A stretch of 64,000 nt of DNA from assembly GCA_030424715.1 (NCBI GenBank), contig JAUHWH010000003.1:68148-132147 (forward strand). Reading direction: 5' to 3'. The notes under the pieces were generated by a model. The model saw only the letters and a list, made by a program, of their open reading frames with translations. It was not told where the DNA came from and did no database searches. Positions 1 through 10,597 of the stretch are shown in pieces. Source of the DNA: Bdellovibrionia bacterium. GTDB taxonomy: Bacteria > Bdellovibrionota > Bdellovibrionia > Bdellovibrionales > JAGQZY01. Made by a program: the position numbers and the translations under genes. How positions within the stretch are numbered: the stretch's first letter is position 1; each line of letters starts with the position of its first letter.

Positions 1-1155
<1,155 letters not shown>

Positions 1156-1158
1156 ATA

Positions 1159-2685
1159 ATGGACGGTGGAGTCATCATTCTTGATTTTGGTTCACAAGTA
1201 ACACAACTGATTGCTCGTCGTTTGCGTGAGATGAATGTGTACTCGGAACTGCATCCCTACAATTACAACATTGAAGATATAAAAGCTCAAAAGCCCAAAG
1301 CCATTATCTTGAGTGGCGGCCCGCTTTCTGTCAACGATGCCACATCGCCAAAACGAGGGGTGCAAGAACTTCTAGAAGTGGCCCCTGTGATGGGTATTTG
1401 TTACGGGATGCAGCTGATGTGTCAGGAGTTCGGGGGCATCGTCGAAAAAGCCAAGGTGCGAGAGTACGGCAAAAAGATGGTGCACTGGACCGAGCCCCTG
1501 GGAGAGGTCCCAAAAGATCAACATGTTTGGATGAGTCACGGGGATGTCGTCAAAGTACCACCCCCAGGGTTTAAGGTGTTGGCAAAGTCCGATGAAAATC
1601 ACCCTGCGGTTTTAGAAGGGAAAAATCTGTTTGCCGTGCAATACCACCCTGAAGTGAGCCACACCGAACATGGTCTCGATATTTTGAAACATTTTGTCTT
1701 TGAGATCGCCAAGGTCGAGCCCAATTGGAAAGCCAAGGGGATCGTGGCTGACCTCACAAAAAGAATTCAAGATCAAGTGGCTGACGATGAACACGTCATG
1801 GTGGGCCTCAGTGGTGGAGTGGACTCCACAGTCGCGGCCCAGTTGGTGACCGAGGCTTTGGGGCAAGAGCGAGTGCATTGTTTTTTTATCAATAATGGTT
1901 TGCTTAGAAAAGGTGAGTACGACGAGGTTCTAGAGCGTTACCACAAACTGGGTCTGAACGTGGTTGGGGTTGACGCCGAAAAGCTATTTCTCGATGAGCT
2001 TTCCGGAATCGCAGATCCCGAAAAAAAGCGCAAGAAAATTGGTCACGCTTTTATTAAGGTCTTTGAAGACTGTATGAACAAAATGACGCCCAAGCCTGTT
2101 TGGCTAGTGCAAGGCACTTTATACCCCGACGTAATCGAATCGGTCTCAACCCGTGGAGAGTCGGTCACGATTAAGACTCATCATAATGTGGGCGGACTTC
2201 CTGAAAAAATGAATTTAAAGCTGCTTGAGCCCTTGCGTGAACTTTTCAAAGATGAAGTTCGCAAGATCGGTGCGGAACTTGAAATTCCGGATGACAGCCT
2301 CTGGCGGCACCCCTTTCCGGGGCCAGGTTTGGCCATTCGTGTTTTGGGTGCTGTTGACAAAGAGTCCTTAGAGACTCTTCGTGAGGCTGATGAGATTTAT
2401 ATTAACGCATTGAAGGCTGAGGGACTCTACGACAAAATCTGGCAAGCCTTCAGTGTTTTGCTTCCGGTGAATACAGTTGGAGTCCAAGGAGACGCCCGTA
2501 CCTACGCAAAAGTGTTGGCGTTACGTGCGGTGACCTCCGATGATGCGATGACGGCCGATTGGTTCAATTTCTCCCATGCTTTTTTGCAAAAGGTGTCTAA
2601 TAAAATCACTAATGAAGTCGAAGGGGTGAATCGTGTTGTTTACGATGTCACAAGCAAACCCCCTGGCACTATTGAGTGGGAGTGA
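1159..2685 (+). CDS. guaA: GMP synthase (glutamine-hydrolysing)
   Basis: N-terminal GATase (IILDFGSQVTQLIARR, ICYGMQ, HPE). ATP-PPase P-loop GLSGGVDS. C-terminal KPPGTIEWE. Starts 3 nt after the guaB stop. Confidence 0.95.
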   Translation: MDGGVIILDFGSQVTQLIARRLREMNVYSELHPYNYNIEDIKAQKPKAIILSGGPLSVNDATSPKRGVQELLEVAPVMGICYGMQLMCQEFGGIVEKAKVREYGKKMVHWTEPLGEVPKDQHVWMSHGDVVKVPPPGFKVLAKSDENHPAVLEGKNLFAVQYHPEVSHTEHGLDILKHFVFEIAKVEPNWKAKGIVADLTKRIQDQVADDEHVMVGLSGGVDSTVAAQLVTEALGQERVHCFFINNGLLRKGEYDEVLERYHKLGLNVVGVDAEKLFLDELSGIADPEKKRKKIGHAFIKVFEDCMNKMTPKPVWLVQGTLYPDVIESVSTRGESVTIKTHHNVGGLPEKMNLKLLEPLRELFKDEVRKIGAELEIPDDSLWRHPFPGPGLAIRVLGAVDKESLETLREADEIYINALKAEGLYDKIWQAFSVLLPVNTVGVQGDARTYAKVLALRAVTSDDAMTADWFNFSHAFLQKVSNKITNEVEGVNRVVYDVTSKPPGTIEWE

Positions 2686-2841
2686 CTGAGCTCGACTTTG
2701 GAATGTTTATCGATTTACGATGAGCAGGAGAGTTTAACATGAAGCCGATGGATATCTCATCCTCGGTTTTTCTTTTACATCGGCTCCGGGCTGGCGTAGC
2801 CTTAGCTGACAAGTTGAAGGTTTATCACCTTCCTATGACGA

Positions 2842-3309
2842 ATGGAGTTCGACGCCATGATTTTTATTCTCTCTGAATGCCAAAAAAGACTGTTTAAAAA
2901 GGCAGATAGAATACTTTCTCTTTGCGTGCTTTTGTGTTTGTTGACGACTGGTTGTCAGGTTTCAACAAAGCTCGCTGAGACTCCGGATTTCAACGAGCCG
3001 GGTGGTCGGCTTTTTGTGCATCAAATGGGTCAACACTCTACTGACACCAAAATTTTAATCGACGGTCAAGAGGTCAAGGACCTCAAGCAGCTGGATCATG
3101 ATGGGGTGGTCCAGAAAATAGGTGAACACGAAATCGAATTTAAAGGACTGCCCAATGACTCGGGATTGTCAGAGATTGATTATCGAATCAATAAGAATCG
3201 TGATCTCCATCTTTACTACTGCGAAACCGATGGAAGCTTTCATTGGTATGTTCGACCGATGGGTGAGAAACCACCAAGAGAAAAAAGTTTTTGTCAAAAA
3301 CCGGAATAA
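2842..3309 (+). CDS. hypothetical lipoprotein
   Basis: Hydrophobic N-terminus ending in the lipobox-like LLTTGC. No recognisable catalytic motif. Start is ambiguous (2842 or the ATG at 2857). Confidence 0.5.
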   Translation: MEFDAMIFILSECQKRLFKKADRILSLCVLLCLLTTGCQVSTKLAETPDFNEPGGRLFVHQMGQHSTDTKILIDGQEVKDLKQLDHDGVVQKIGEHEIEFKGLPNDSGLSEIDYRINKNRDLHLYYCETDGSFHWYVRPMGEKPPREKSFCQKPE

Positions 3310-3460
3310 ATGGATAACTTAAGATGAAAATTAATCTTTTCATCGGCTTGAATAATTTTAAATAGCAATGTCACCAGACTTCCAATGAGAGCATTTTTCG
3401 AAGCTAATAACCGATGTTTCGCGACATTTGCTATTAAGTCATGGACACTCTTGGTGATCA

Positions 3461-3745
3461 ATGATTGCTCTGACTTTCAGCTCAACTCCCATGTTTTTTA
3501 GATCGTTGCCTCGTTGACTAGCATTTTCGTTCGGAGATGCATAACGCGAAGCTGAAAAATGGTACTTATCCGAGGGGAATCCTCGTAAAACCCCATTCAA
3601 AAATGATAAGAATGTACTTTAATTTGCCATGCTCCATTCGTAACTGGGACCTTTCAATTGAGTGACAAGCCTTTTGTTTATCTTCACTTACACAGTCAAA
3701 ACTCGCTTCACGAAGCCAGTCGTCGGGCTGATGTAGCTGATAAGC
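3461..3745 (+). repeat. Direct repeat copy 1: diverged duplicate of the dnaE upstream leader plus its first ~26 codons
   Basis: Aligns by eye with 6902-7177 at a near-constant offset of 3441-3442. Shared blocks include ATAACGCGAAGCTGAAAA, GAGGGGAATCCTCGTAAAACCCC and CTTTCAATTGAGT.ACAAGCCTTTTGTT.ATCTTCACTTACACAGTCAA. Confidence 0.85.
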
Positions 3746-3777
3746 TAGGGGGCCTGAGCGACGCCGTGGAGTTTTGA
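3658..3777 (+). pseudogene. dnaE 5' fragment (about 26 dnaE-like codons, then unrelated sequence to a stop)
   Basis: The TTG at 3658 corresponds to the dnaE TTG at 7099. It translates LSDKPFVYLHLHSQNSLHEASRRAD, versus dnaE SNKPFVHLHLHSQYSLLEASCRAD. The frame ends at TGA 3775-3777. Confidence 0.7.
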
Positions 3778-3781
3778 GAAT

Positions 3782-4984
3782 ATGAAATGGTTTCGCATCG
3801 TTGCTTTCAATCTCATTCTCTTTGTTATCTTTTTTGAGGGGTTAGGTGTTTTTTTTATCGACAGGTTTGAAGACAAACTTGAAAAGATACGACAGTCGGA
3901 GTCGTACAAATATATGGAACATGTCGAGTCAGAGAAGCCCAAACTCTCACATCCCTTCTTCGGGTACCTTCCTCCAAAAGAAAAGAGCTTTGAAAATCCG
4001 GAAAACTTTTCCTCCAGACCTAGAGACATCAGCATAAATATCGGGATCTTTGGTGGGTCCACGGCTGAGGGACTTCACGATTACTGGCAAAAGAATTTAG
4101 CCGAATATACAGAAAAGTTTTCCAGAGCTTTAAACGTGCCGTCGAGTAAGATTCGTCTAGTTAACTTCGCTGCTGGGGGATACAAGCAGCCCACTCAACT
4201 GAATATAGCCTCCCTCTATGCCCATAACCTCAGTTACGCGATAAACCTCGATGGATACAACGAGATGACATACGCCCATGATGGCCGGTTTCCGCCTTAC
4301 TATCCTTTGCACGTGATGACACAAAATTACTACAGTCAACCGAAGAGCTTTCGTTTTTTCAGTGACGCTTATGCTCACTACGAACAAAGTCGAGAGGCCC
4401 AGAAGTCTCTTCAATCAATGTCTTGGTCAAATGCTTTAAAGCTTGCTATGGTCCTGAAAGTTCTTTGGCACAAAAGTCAAATGGAGAGAGCCAACCATAA
4501 AGCTCAAGAGCTTCACCGTCCCTTTGTATCATCGAACTATAAAGAAACCTTTTGGAGTCGAGCCCGTTTTTGGCTTAAGTCCTCTTGCTTACAGCAAAAC
4601 CTGCACACCCAGCTCGGGGTGCGTTCAATGTTTGTTCAGCAACCTGTGCCTTACTTGAGTAATCGAAAGCCGCTCTCGGCAGAAGAGCGACAGTGGGTTG
4701 AGAGCTCTAGAGATGCTCGAGCCTTTGCATCAGAATACAACCGTATTAGTAGCAAGATCGAAGCTTTGCAGCCCCAAAAATACGGCATCACTTATATCGA
4801 TGCAACTTATGTTTATCGCAACGTTAAAGACACCGTTTACATAGATGGTTGTTGTCATCTTAATGATCTTGGTAACAAAATATTGTCCAGTAAAATCCTA
4901 GAACAACTTGAGCTTGATCGCAATCAATCAGAAGCCTTGCAGTGGTGTAGAACTCAAGATCTTATGAGTGATCTAGAGTTGTGA
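3782..4984 (+). CDS. membrane-anchored SGNH/GDSL-like hydrolase or acyltransferase (tentative)
   Basis: N-terminal TM helix (IVAFNLILFVIFFEGLGVFFI). Block-I-like IGIFGGSTAEG, NFAAGGY, LDGYNE, and a C-terminal IDGCCHLNDLGN resembling the Asp/His block. The ATG lies 4 nt after the dnaE-fragment stop. Confidence 0.45.
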   Translation: MKWFRIVAFNLILFVIFFEGLGVFFIDRFEDKLEKIRQSESYKYMEHVESEKPKLSHPFFGYLPPKEKSFENPENFSSRPRDISINIGIFGGSTAEGLHDYWQKNLAEYTEKFSRALNVPSSKIRLVNFAAGGYKQPTQLNIASLYAHNLSYAINLDGYNEMTYAHDGRFPPYYPLHVMTQNYYSQPKSFRFFSDAYAHYEQSREAQKSLQSMSWSNALKLAMVLKVLWHKSQMERANHKAQELHRPFVSSNYKETFWSRARFWLKSSCLQQNLHTQLGVRSMFVQQPVPYLSNRKPLSAEERQWVESSRDARAFASEYNRISSKIEALQPQKYGITYIDATYVYRNVKDTVYIDGCCHLNDLGNKILSSKILEQLELDRNQSEALQWCRTQDLMSDLEL

Positions 4985-5014
4985 TATTAATAAGGGATAC
5001 CTTTTGTCTATTTC

Positions 5015-6475
5015 CTATAGGACCTTCTCAATTCGTAAAACTCTAAAGTCGTTATGCTCGAATAAGGTTTTTGTCCGAAAGATATCGTCGAATTTAGTAT
5101 GGTCAGGTAGAAGTTTCAAAAGTTTACTGTCATTGAATATCAACATATATTGGATTTTTTGGCTAGTGATACATTTAATGATGTCATCCAAGGTTGACCT
5201 ATCATTATCCCAAGGTCTGTCGTGATAGCTACATCCGCCTCGATTTGCAAAATCCGGGATACCGGCGTAAACCGTCCACGCTTGGAAAGACCAGCTATAA
5301 TCTTTATCAATGAAAAGACTATGTTTGTCTGGGAGGTTTTGACTCCTAAACCAATTGGCGCTTCTGAGATAACCGACTTTAAAATTGAAGTTATTTTCAT
5401 TAGCTAAGACATTCAGGCTTAGATAAGTGCACCACGAACTACTGATACACAAGATCGCTAAGCTTACCAGCTTCAGGCGCCTTGAAAGGGATTCGTGAGC
5501 GACTAGTTTTCGTATTAAATCTGCAATAAAAATCACGCACAGAAAGCTTGAAAACATGAAGTACCTTGGTTCAGCAAGCAAACTGGCTGAAATAAATAAC
5601 TTGTACAAGGTGCAGGACAGTGTCGCGGATGTTAAGACAGGGAGAAAATTGCGCTTCCTCAAGGCAAGATAAATAGCGTAGGGAAACCCTAAGATTAGAC
5701 CGAAAAAAGGGAACATAAAGTGAATTCTTTGAAACTGAGTTCCAATAGTCATCGGAGAGAGTTTATTAATTCCGCTTACTTCAAAGTCACTGTAATGAAG
5801 TCCTCTCAAAAAGTCCCCAGTCGTTTCGTGGTGAAAGTAAAAAACATACAGGATAGGAGCACTTGTAATTAAGCCGTAACAAAAGACATGTTTGAGCTTT
5901 GGTCTAGTGGAGAGAAGGTATAGACCCGTGGCAAAAGAAATTAACCACGATTCATATTTGGTAAAGTTGGCGAGTGCAAAAAATATTGAGCATAGAAATA
6001 ATAGATAAAGGCTAGTTTTTTTTCGTTCTTCGTATTGAACAAAGAGATATACGGCACAAATACAGAGCGAAGAGTTAAACAAATCCGCTTGAGTGATCGT
6101 TGAATAAACTATGAATGGGAACGCAATAGCGTATAAAAAAATACTTAGGAGTGCTGTTGTTTCATTTTTTGACCAAATTAATGAGACTTTAAATATCGGA
6201 AACATCAAAGCCACTGACACTACCATGTTTGCCAGTCTTGGGAAGTCCACTGTGTTGTCAGAGATCAAAAAATTTGACCACAGAAAATAAAAATGACCTG
6301 GCAGCCAATCAATGGTTGGCATAAAGCGAAAAGTGTCTAGCATTCCATAGGCTATTTGAAGGCGCGCGTGAAGATCCCCGGCCCAATAGAAATTGTCAGT
6401 GAAAGAAAAAAACTGAAACCTTAACAAAGTCGCCAGCAAGAAAATCGGTATGACACAGTCTTTAGGTCGTAGCAT
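5015..6475 (-). CDS. polytopic membrane protein, GT-C fold glycosyltransferase-like (ArnT/PMT-type, tentative)
   Basis: 486 aa with roughly 10 or more hydrophobic helices. Acidic/aromatic first loop (FTDNFYWAGD). Soluble C-terminal ~120 aa. Visibly AT-rich compared with its neighbours. Confidence 0.45.
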   Translation of the reverse strand: MLRPKDCVIPIFLLATLLRFQFFSFTDNFYWAGDLHARLQIAYGMLDTFRFMPTIDWLPGHFYFLWSNFLISDNTVDFPRLANMVVSVALMFPIFKVSLIWSKNETTALLSIFLYAIAFPFIVYSTITQADLFNSSLCICAVYLFVQYEERKKTSLYLLFLCSIFFALANFTKYESWLISFATGLYLLSTRPKLKHVFCYGLITSAPILYVFYFHHETTGDFLRGLHYSDFEVSGINKLSPMTIGTQFQRIHFMFPFFGLILGFPYAIYLALRKRNFLPVLTSATLSCTLYKLFISASLLAEPRYFMFSSFLCVIFIADLIRKLVAHESLSRRLKLVSLAILCISSSWCTYLSLNVLANENNFNFKVGYLRSANWFRSQNLPDKHSLFIDKDYSWSFQAWTVYAGIPDFANRGGCSYHDRPWDNDRSTLDDIIKCITSQKIQYMLIFNDSKLLKLLPDHTKFDDIFRTKTLFEHNDFRVLRIEKVL

Positions 6476-6901
6476 TGCGATTTTATCCCCTTGAAAATAC
6501 GATCAGTTATCAGACTTTGAGAATCATTATGACAATTTTTTCTTTTTCTTGGCAACTCCAATATGAGCAAAAGAAAGCCGATGTTCTGTCTGATTTTATA
6601 GAGCCATAATGATTTGCGATAAGGCAACGGCGTCGGTGAGGCGTGGGCAATTCTCTAGTCATCAGCATGAATTTGTTTTTCCATTTGTCTCAACAAAGTT
6701 TGAGACAAGCGTTCCGCGAGATAAAACGAGGAGGGCCCTTTGTGTGGCCCATGCTTTACTGCAGGGGCAGGCCGATGAGGTTTTTTTCGTCTTCTTGTTG
6801 ATTGACCATGCTTTGGTTGTGGGCTTTTTACAAAACCATAGTCTTATCCCGGATGGTTATTTGTATGACGTGGGTGCGACTCTGGATTGTTTTTAACCAG
6901 A

Positions 6902-7177
6902 ATGGGGTGCCCTGATTTTCAGCTTAATTGTTGTGTTTTTTAGTTATCTGCCGTTGTCAGCGGCGTTCTCGTTCATGGAGCCATAACGCGAAGCTGAAAA
7001 TAGGCAATATATGAGGGGAATCCTCGTAAAACCCCTTCGAAAAATGATAGAAATGAAGGTTCGTTTGCTATGCACCATTGTGACGGGGGATCTTTCAATT
7101 GAGTAACAAGCCTTTTGTTCATCTTCACTTACACAGTCAATACTCGCTCCTCGAAGCCAGTTGTCGAGCTGATAATG
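6902..7177 (+). repeat. Direct repeat copy 2: native dnaE leader and 5' coding end
   Basis: Partner of 3461-3745; see that entry. Confidence 0.85.
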
Positions 7178-10100
7178 TTTTGAAAAAAGCCAAATCTTTT
7201 GAAATGCCGGCGGTGGCTCTTACGGATAATGGTAATATGTTCGGAGCCGTCGAGTTTTACCTGAATGCCAAGAAGAACGGCGTTAAGCCCATTATCGGGC
7301 TTGATGCCTACATAGCACCGCAAGACCGATTCACCAAAAATGAAAAACGTGAGGTCAACTACCAGCCCAACACCCGCCTGGTTCTGTTGGCTCAGAGTTA
7401 CAAGGGTTATCAAAACCTGTGTCAGCTCTCGACCATCGGTTACCAAGAGGGCTTTTACTACAAACCACGCATCGATTGGGAGGCTCTACAGGAGTTCAGC
7501 ACTGATGTGATCGCCTTAACGGGCGGAATCTCTGGAGATGTGGTGTCCCATTTTCGGCGCAGTGGTGCTGATGCCGCTCGAGCCCGTTTGCAAAAGCTCA
7601 AGGCCATCTTTGGAGATCGACTGTATCTTGAGCTCAATCGCACGGGGATTCCGGAGTGGAAAGAGGTGGAACCCTTTCTATTTGAACTCTCCAAATCTGA
7701 AGGCGTTCCGATGGTGGCCGCCAACGACGTGCACTACTTAAATAAAGAAGATCAGCTGGCCCAAGAGGTTTTGATTTGTATTGGTTCCAACAAAACCTTG
7801 CACGACGATTCGCGCTGGCGTTTGGGGTCTGAGGAGTTCTACTTTAAGTCCTCGGATCAAATGTATGATTTGTTTAAAGATTGCCCCGAGCTTTGCGAGC
7901 GAACCGTTGAAATCGCGGACCGTTGCAATGTGGAGTTCCGCCTTGAAGACGACGATGGCAAGACCATCTACCATCTGCCCAGCTTTCCGACCAAAGACAA
8001 TCTCAGTATTTTGGACGAGCTGAAACGGCTGACCCGAGAGGGACTGACCGATCGTTTTGCAGAAGCCAAGGCCCGTGATGAGCAAGTGCCAGAATCCGAG
8101 CATCAAAAGTATTTTGACCGTTTGGATTACGAAATTGGCGTGATCGATGGCATGGGTTTTATTGGTTACTTTTTAATCGTACAAGATTTCATTCGTTGGG
8201 CAAAAGAAAACGATGTCCCTGTGGGGCCTGGTCGAGGATCCGGGGCGGGATCGTTAGTGGCCTATTGTTTAAAGATTACCGATTTAGATCCGGTCCGTTA
8301 CAGCTTGATCTTTGAGCGATTCTTGAATCCCGAGCGGGTCTCAATGCCGGATTTTGATATCGATTTTTGCCAAGAAAAGCGACCGCGGGTGATTCAATAC
8401 GTCACCGAAAAGTATGGCAAGCAGAGTGTGTCCCAAATTATCACATACGGAAAATTGCAAGCGCGAGCAGCTCTGCGCGACGTGGGTCGTGTCCTCGGCA
8501 TGAGTTATGCCGATGTTGATGTGATTGCAAAATTGATCCCGGATAAGTTGGGCATCAATCTGAGCGAATCTCTCGAGATGGAACCGCGGATCAAAGAGCA
8601 AATGGAAATGAACCCTCAGGTTCACAACATGATCGACATTGCGTTGAAGGTGGAGGGCTTGGTCCGACACGCGGGGATTCACGCGGCCGGTGTGATCATC
8701 GCCGATGGTCGTTTAGTGGATCACGCGCCTCTTTACAAAGGGGTCGAGGGCGAGAATGTTGTTCAGTATGACATGAAGCACGCCGAGAAAATCGGCCTTA
8801 TCAAATTTGACTTTTTGGGACTCAAAACACTGACCCATATCAAGTACGCACTGGACCTTATTCGCAGCAACCGTGGTAAGTCGATTGAGGCCCATGAAAT
8901 CTCCATTAACGATTCTAAAATTTACGAGCTAATGTCATCAGGGGATTCGGCCGGGGTCTTTCAGTTTGAGGGCGACGGAATCACCGACGCGCTAAAGAAA
9001 ATCAAGCCCACCTGCTTTGAAGACATCATGGCGATCAATGCCCTGTACCGGCCGGGTCCGATGGATATGATCCCTGAGTACACCAAGCGTAAGCATGGGA
9101 AGTCCAAGGTTGAGTTTATTTTTCCAGAGCTCGAAGAGATCCTAAAAGAAACCTACGGTGTTATTATTTATCAAGAGCAAGTGCAGCTGATTGCATCGCG
9201 GATTGCCTCGTACTCACTGGGTGAGGCCGATCTGCTACGTCGGGCGATGGGTAAAAAGATTGCTGAAGAGATGGCACAACAACAAAAGCGATTTGTCGAG
9301 GGAGCCGTCGCGAACGGACACGATAAAGCGAAGGCCGAAAAACTCTTCGATTTGATGGCGGAGTTTGCAAAGTATGGTTTTAACAAGTCTCACTCTGCCG
9401 CTTATTGTGTGATTGCGGCCCAAACGGCTTGGCTGAAATCTTATTACCCCATTGAGTTTTACGCGGCCTTGTTGTCAACAGAGATGAGCGACACTGACAA
9501 GATTGTAAAGTACATCAAACTCTGTCGGCGTCGTGGGATTGATATTAGTCCTCCCCACATCAATCACTCCGATTACAAATTCACTGTGAAAGGGGAGACC
9601 CTTTACTACAGCTTAGCGGCGATCAAGGGCGTTGGACAGTCGGCGGTCGAAGCCATTCTGGAGGCCCGTGCCAGTTTAGAAGATCAAAAGTTTGAGTCCA
9701 TTGATCATTTTTTTGAAGTGGTGGATTTACGGCGCGTGAACAAAAAGGTGATTGAATGTTTGATCAAGGCAGGAGCTTTTGATGGCTTTGGCTACAACCG
9801 CGCCCAGCTGTTTGAGGGTTACGAGCGTTTTGTGGATGCTGCCGAGACCAAAAGACAAGATAGAGAAGTGGGGCAAGTCTCATTGTTCTCCATGTCCAGT
9901 GAGCAAGAGCAAGAGCATGAAAAAGTGGTATTAGCCGAGCGTGAACAATGGGGTCGGATGACTCGATTGAGTTACGAAAAAGATGTCTTAGGGTTCTTTT
10001 TGAGCGATCATCCCCTGAATGGCTACGAAGGCATTTGTCGAGCCTGGGCCAACACCACCATCGGTGATATTGATAAGGTGGGTAACAAACACAAGGTGAC

Positions 10101-10587
10101 CCTAGTTGGTATGGTCACTCAGTACAAAGAGATCATTACCAAAAAAGGAACCCGAATGGCCTTCACTCAGTTTGAGGACCTCACGGCACCTTTAGAAGTG
10201 ATTGTGTTCCCAAACACCTTTGCCGAGTACGAAGACGTTTTAAAAGCAGACGTGCCTTTGGTTATTACCGGAATTCTCGAGAAAAAAGATGATGTTTGCA
10301 AAGTGATTGCTGACAAAATAACCACTCTTGGTGACAGTATCAATCGTGCGAAAGGCGTGACCTTTAAAGTGGATGCTTCAATGGAGTCCAACCTAACAAA
10401 ACTGCGTTCCCGTATTGATAGCAATCCGGGAGAGACTCGGGTTAAAATTGAGTTGAATCTCGACAGCCTTAAAAAGAAAGTGGTTTATGACATTCGTGAC
10501 CCAAAAGGGATTATGCTTTCAAATGACTTTTTAGAGGGTTTGCAGAAAGATTTTGGTGGTGTGGACTTTATTGAAATTTCTCAATAG
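7099..10587 (+). CDS. dnaE: DNA polymerase III alpha subunit
   Basis: 1162 aa. PHP domain (HLHLHSQYSLLEAS, TDNGNMFG). Palm/fingers motifs (PGRGSGAGSLVAYCL, MPDFDIDF, ALYRPGP, FNKSHSAAY). OB-fold C-terminus. TTG start. Confidence 0.97.
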   Translation: MSNKPFVHLHLHSQYSLLEASCRADNVLKKAKSFEMPAVALTDNGNMFGAVEFYLNAKKNGVKPIIGLDAYIAPQDRFTKNEKREVNYQPNTRLVLLAQSYKGYQNLCQLSTIGYQEGFYYKPRIDWEALQEFSTDVIALTGGISGDVVSHFRRSGADAARARLQKLKAIFGDRLYLELNRTGIPEWKEVEPFLFELSKSEGVPMVAANDVHYLNKEDQLAQEVLICIGSNKTLHDDSRWRLGSEEFYFKSSDQMYDLFKDCPELCERTVEIADRCNVEFRLEDDDGKTIYHLPSFPTKDNLSILDELKRLTREGLTDRFAEAKARDEQVPESEHQKYFDRLDYEIGVIDGMGFIGYFLIVQDFIRWAKENDVPVGPGRGSGAGSLVAYCLKITDLDPVRYSLIFERFLNPERVSMPDFDIDFCQEKRPRVIQYVTEKYGKQSVSQIITYGKLQARAALRDVGRVLGMSYADVDVIAKLIPDKLGINLSESLEMEPRIKEQMEMNPQVHNMIDIALKVEGLVRHAGIHAAGVIIADGRLVDHAPLYKGVEGENVVQYDMKHAEKIGLIKFDFLGLKTLTHIKYALDLIRSNRGKSIEAHEISINDSKIYELMSSGDSAGVFQFEGDGITDALKKIKPTCFEDIMAINALYRPGPMDMIPEYTKRKHGKSKVEFIFPELEEILKETYGVIIYQEQVQLIASRIASYSLGEADLLRRAMGKKIAEEMAQQQKRFVEGAVANGHDKAKAEKLFDLMAEFAKYGFNKSHSAAYCVIAAQTAWLKSYYPIEFYAALLSTEMSDTDKIVKYIKLCRRRGIDISPPHINHSDYKFTVKGETLYYSLAAIKGVGQSAVEAILEARASLEDQKFESIDHFFEVVDLRRVNKKVIECLIKAGAFDGFGYNRAQLFEGYERFVDAAETKRQDREVGQVSLFSMSSEQEQEHEKVVLAEREQWGRMTRLSYEKDVLGFFLSDHPLNGYEGICRAWANTTIGDIDKVGNKHKVTLVGMVTQYKEIITKKGTRMAFTQFEDLTAPLEVIVFPNTFAEYEDVLKADVPLVITGILEKKDDVCKVIADKITTLGDSINRAKGVTFKVDASMESNLTKLRSRIDSNPGETRVKIELNLDSLKKKVVYDIRDPKGIMLSNDFLEGLQKDFGGVDFIEISQ

Positions 10588-10597
10588 GATATTGGGT

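Noticed and set aside
2739-2876. 45-codon ORF with a good SD (AGGAG) between guaA and the lipoprotein gene.
   Set aside because: It overlaps the start of the 2842 ORF in another frame and has no recognisable features. It could be a leader peptide, but there is no supporting evidence.
6609-6896. 95-aa ORF in the right-hand non-coding part of the dnaE-adjacent cassette.
   Set aside because: It has no SD, an odd composition and no motif, and it runs into the repeat copy. It probably sits in the promoter/leader region of the divergent GT-C-like gene.
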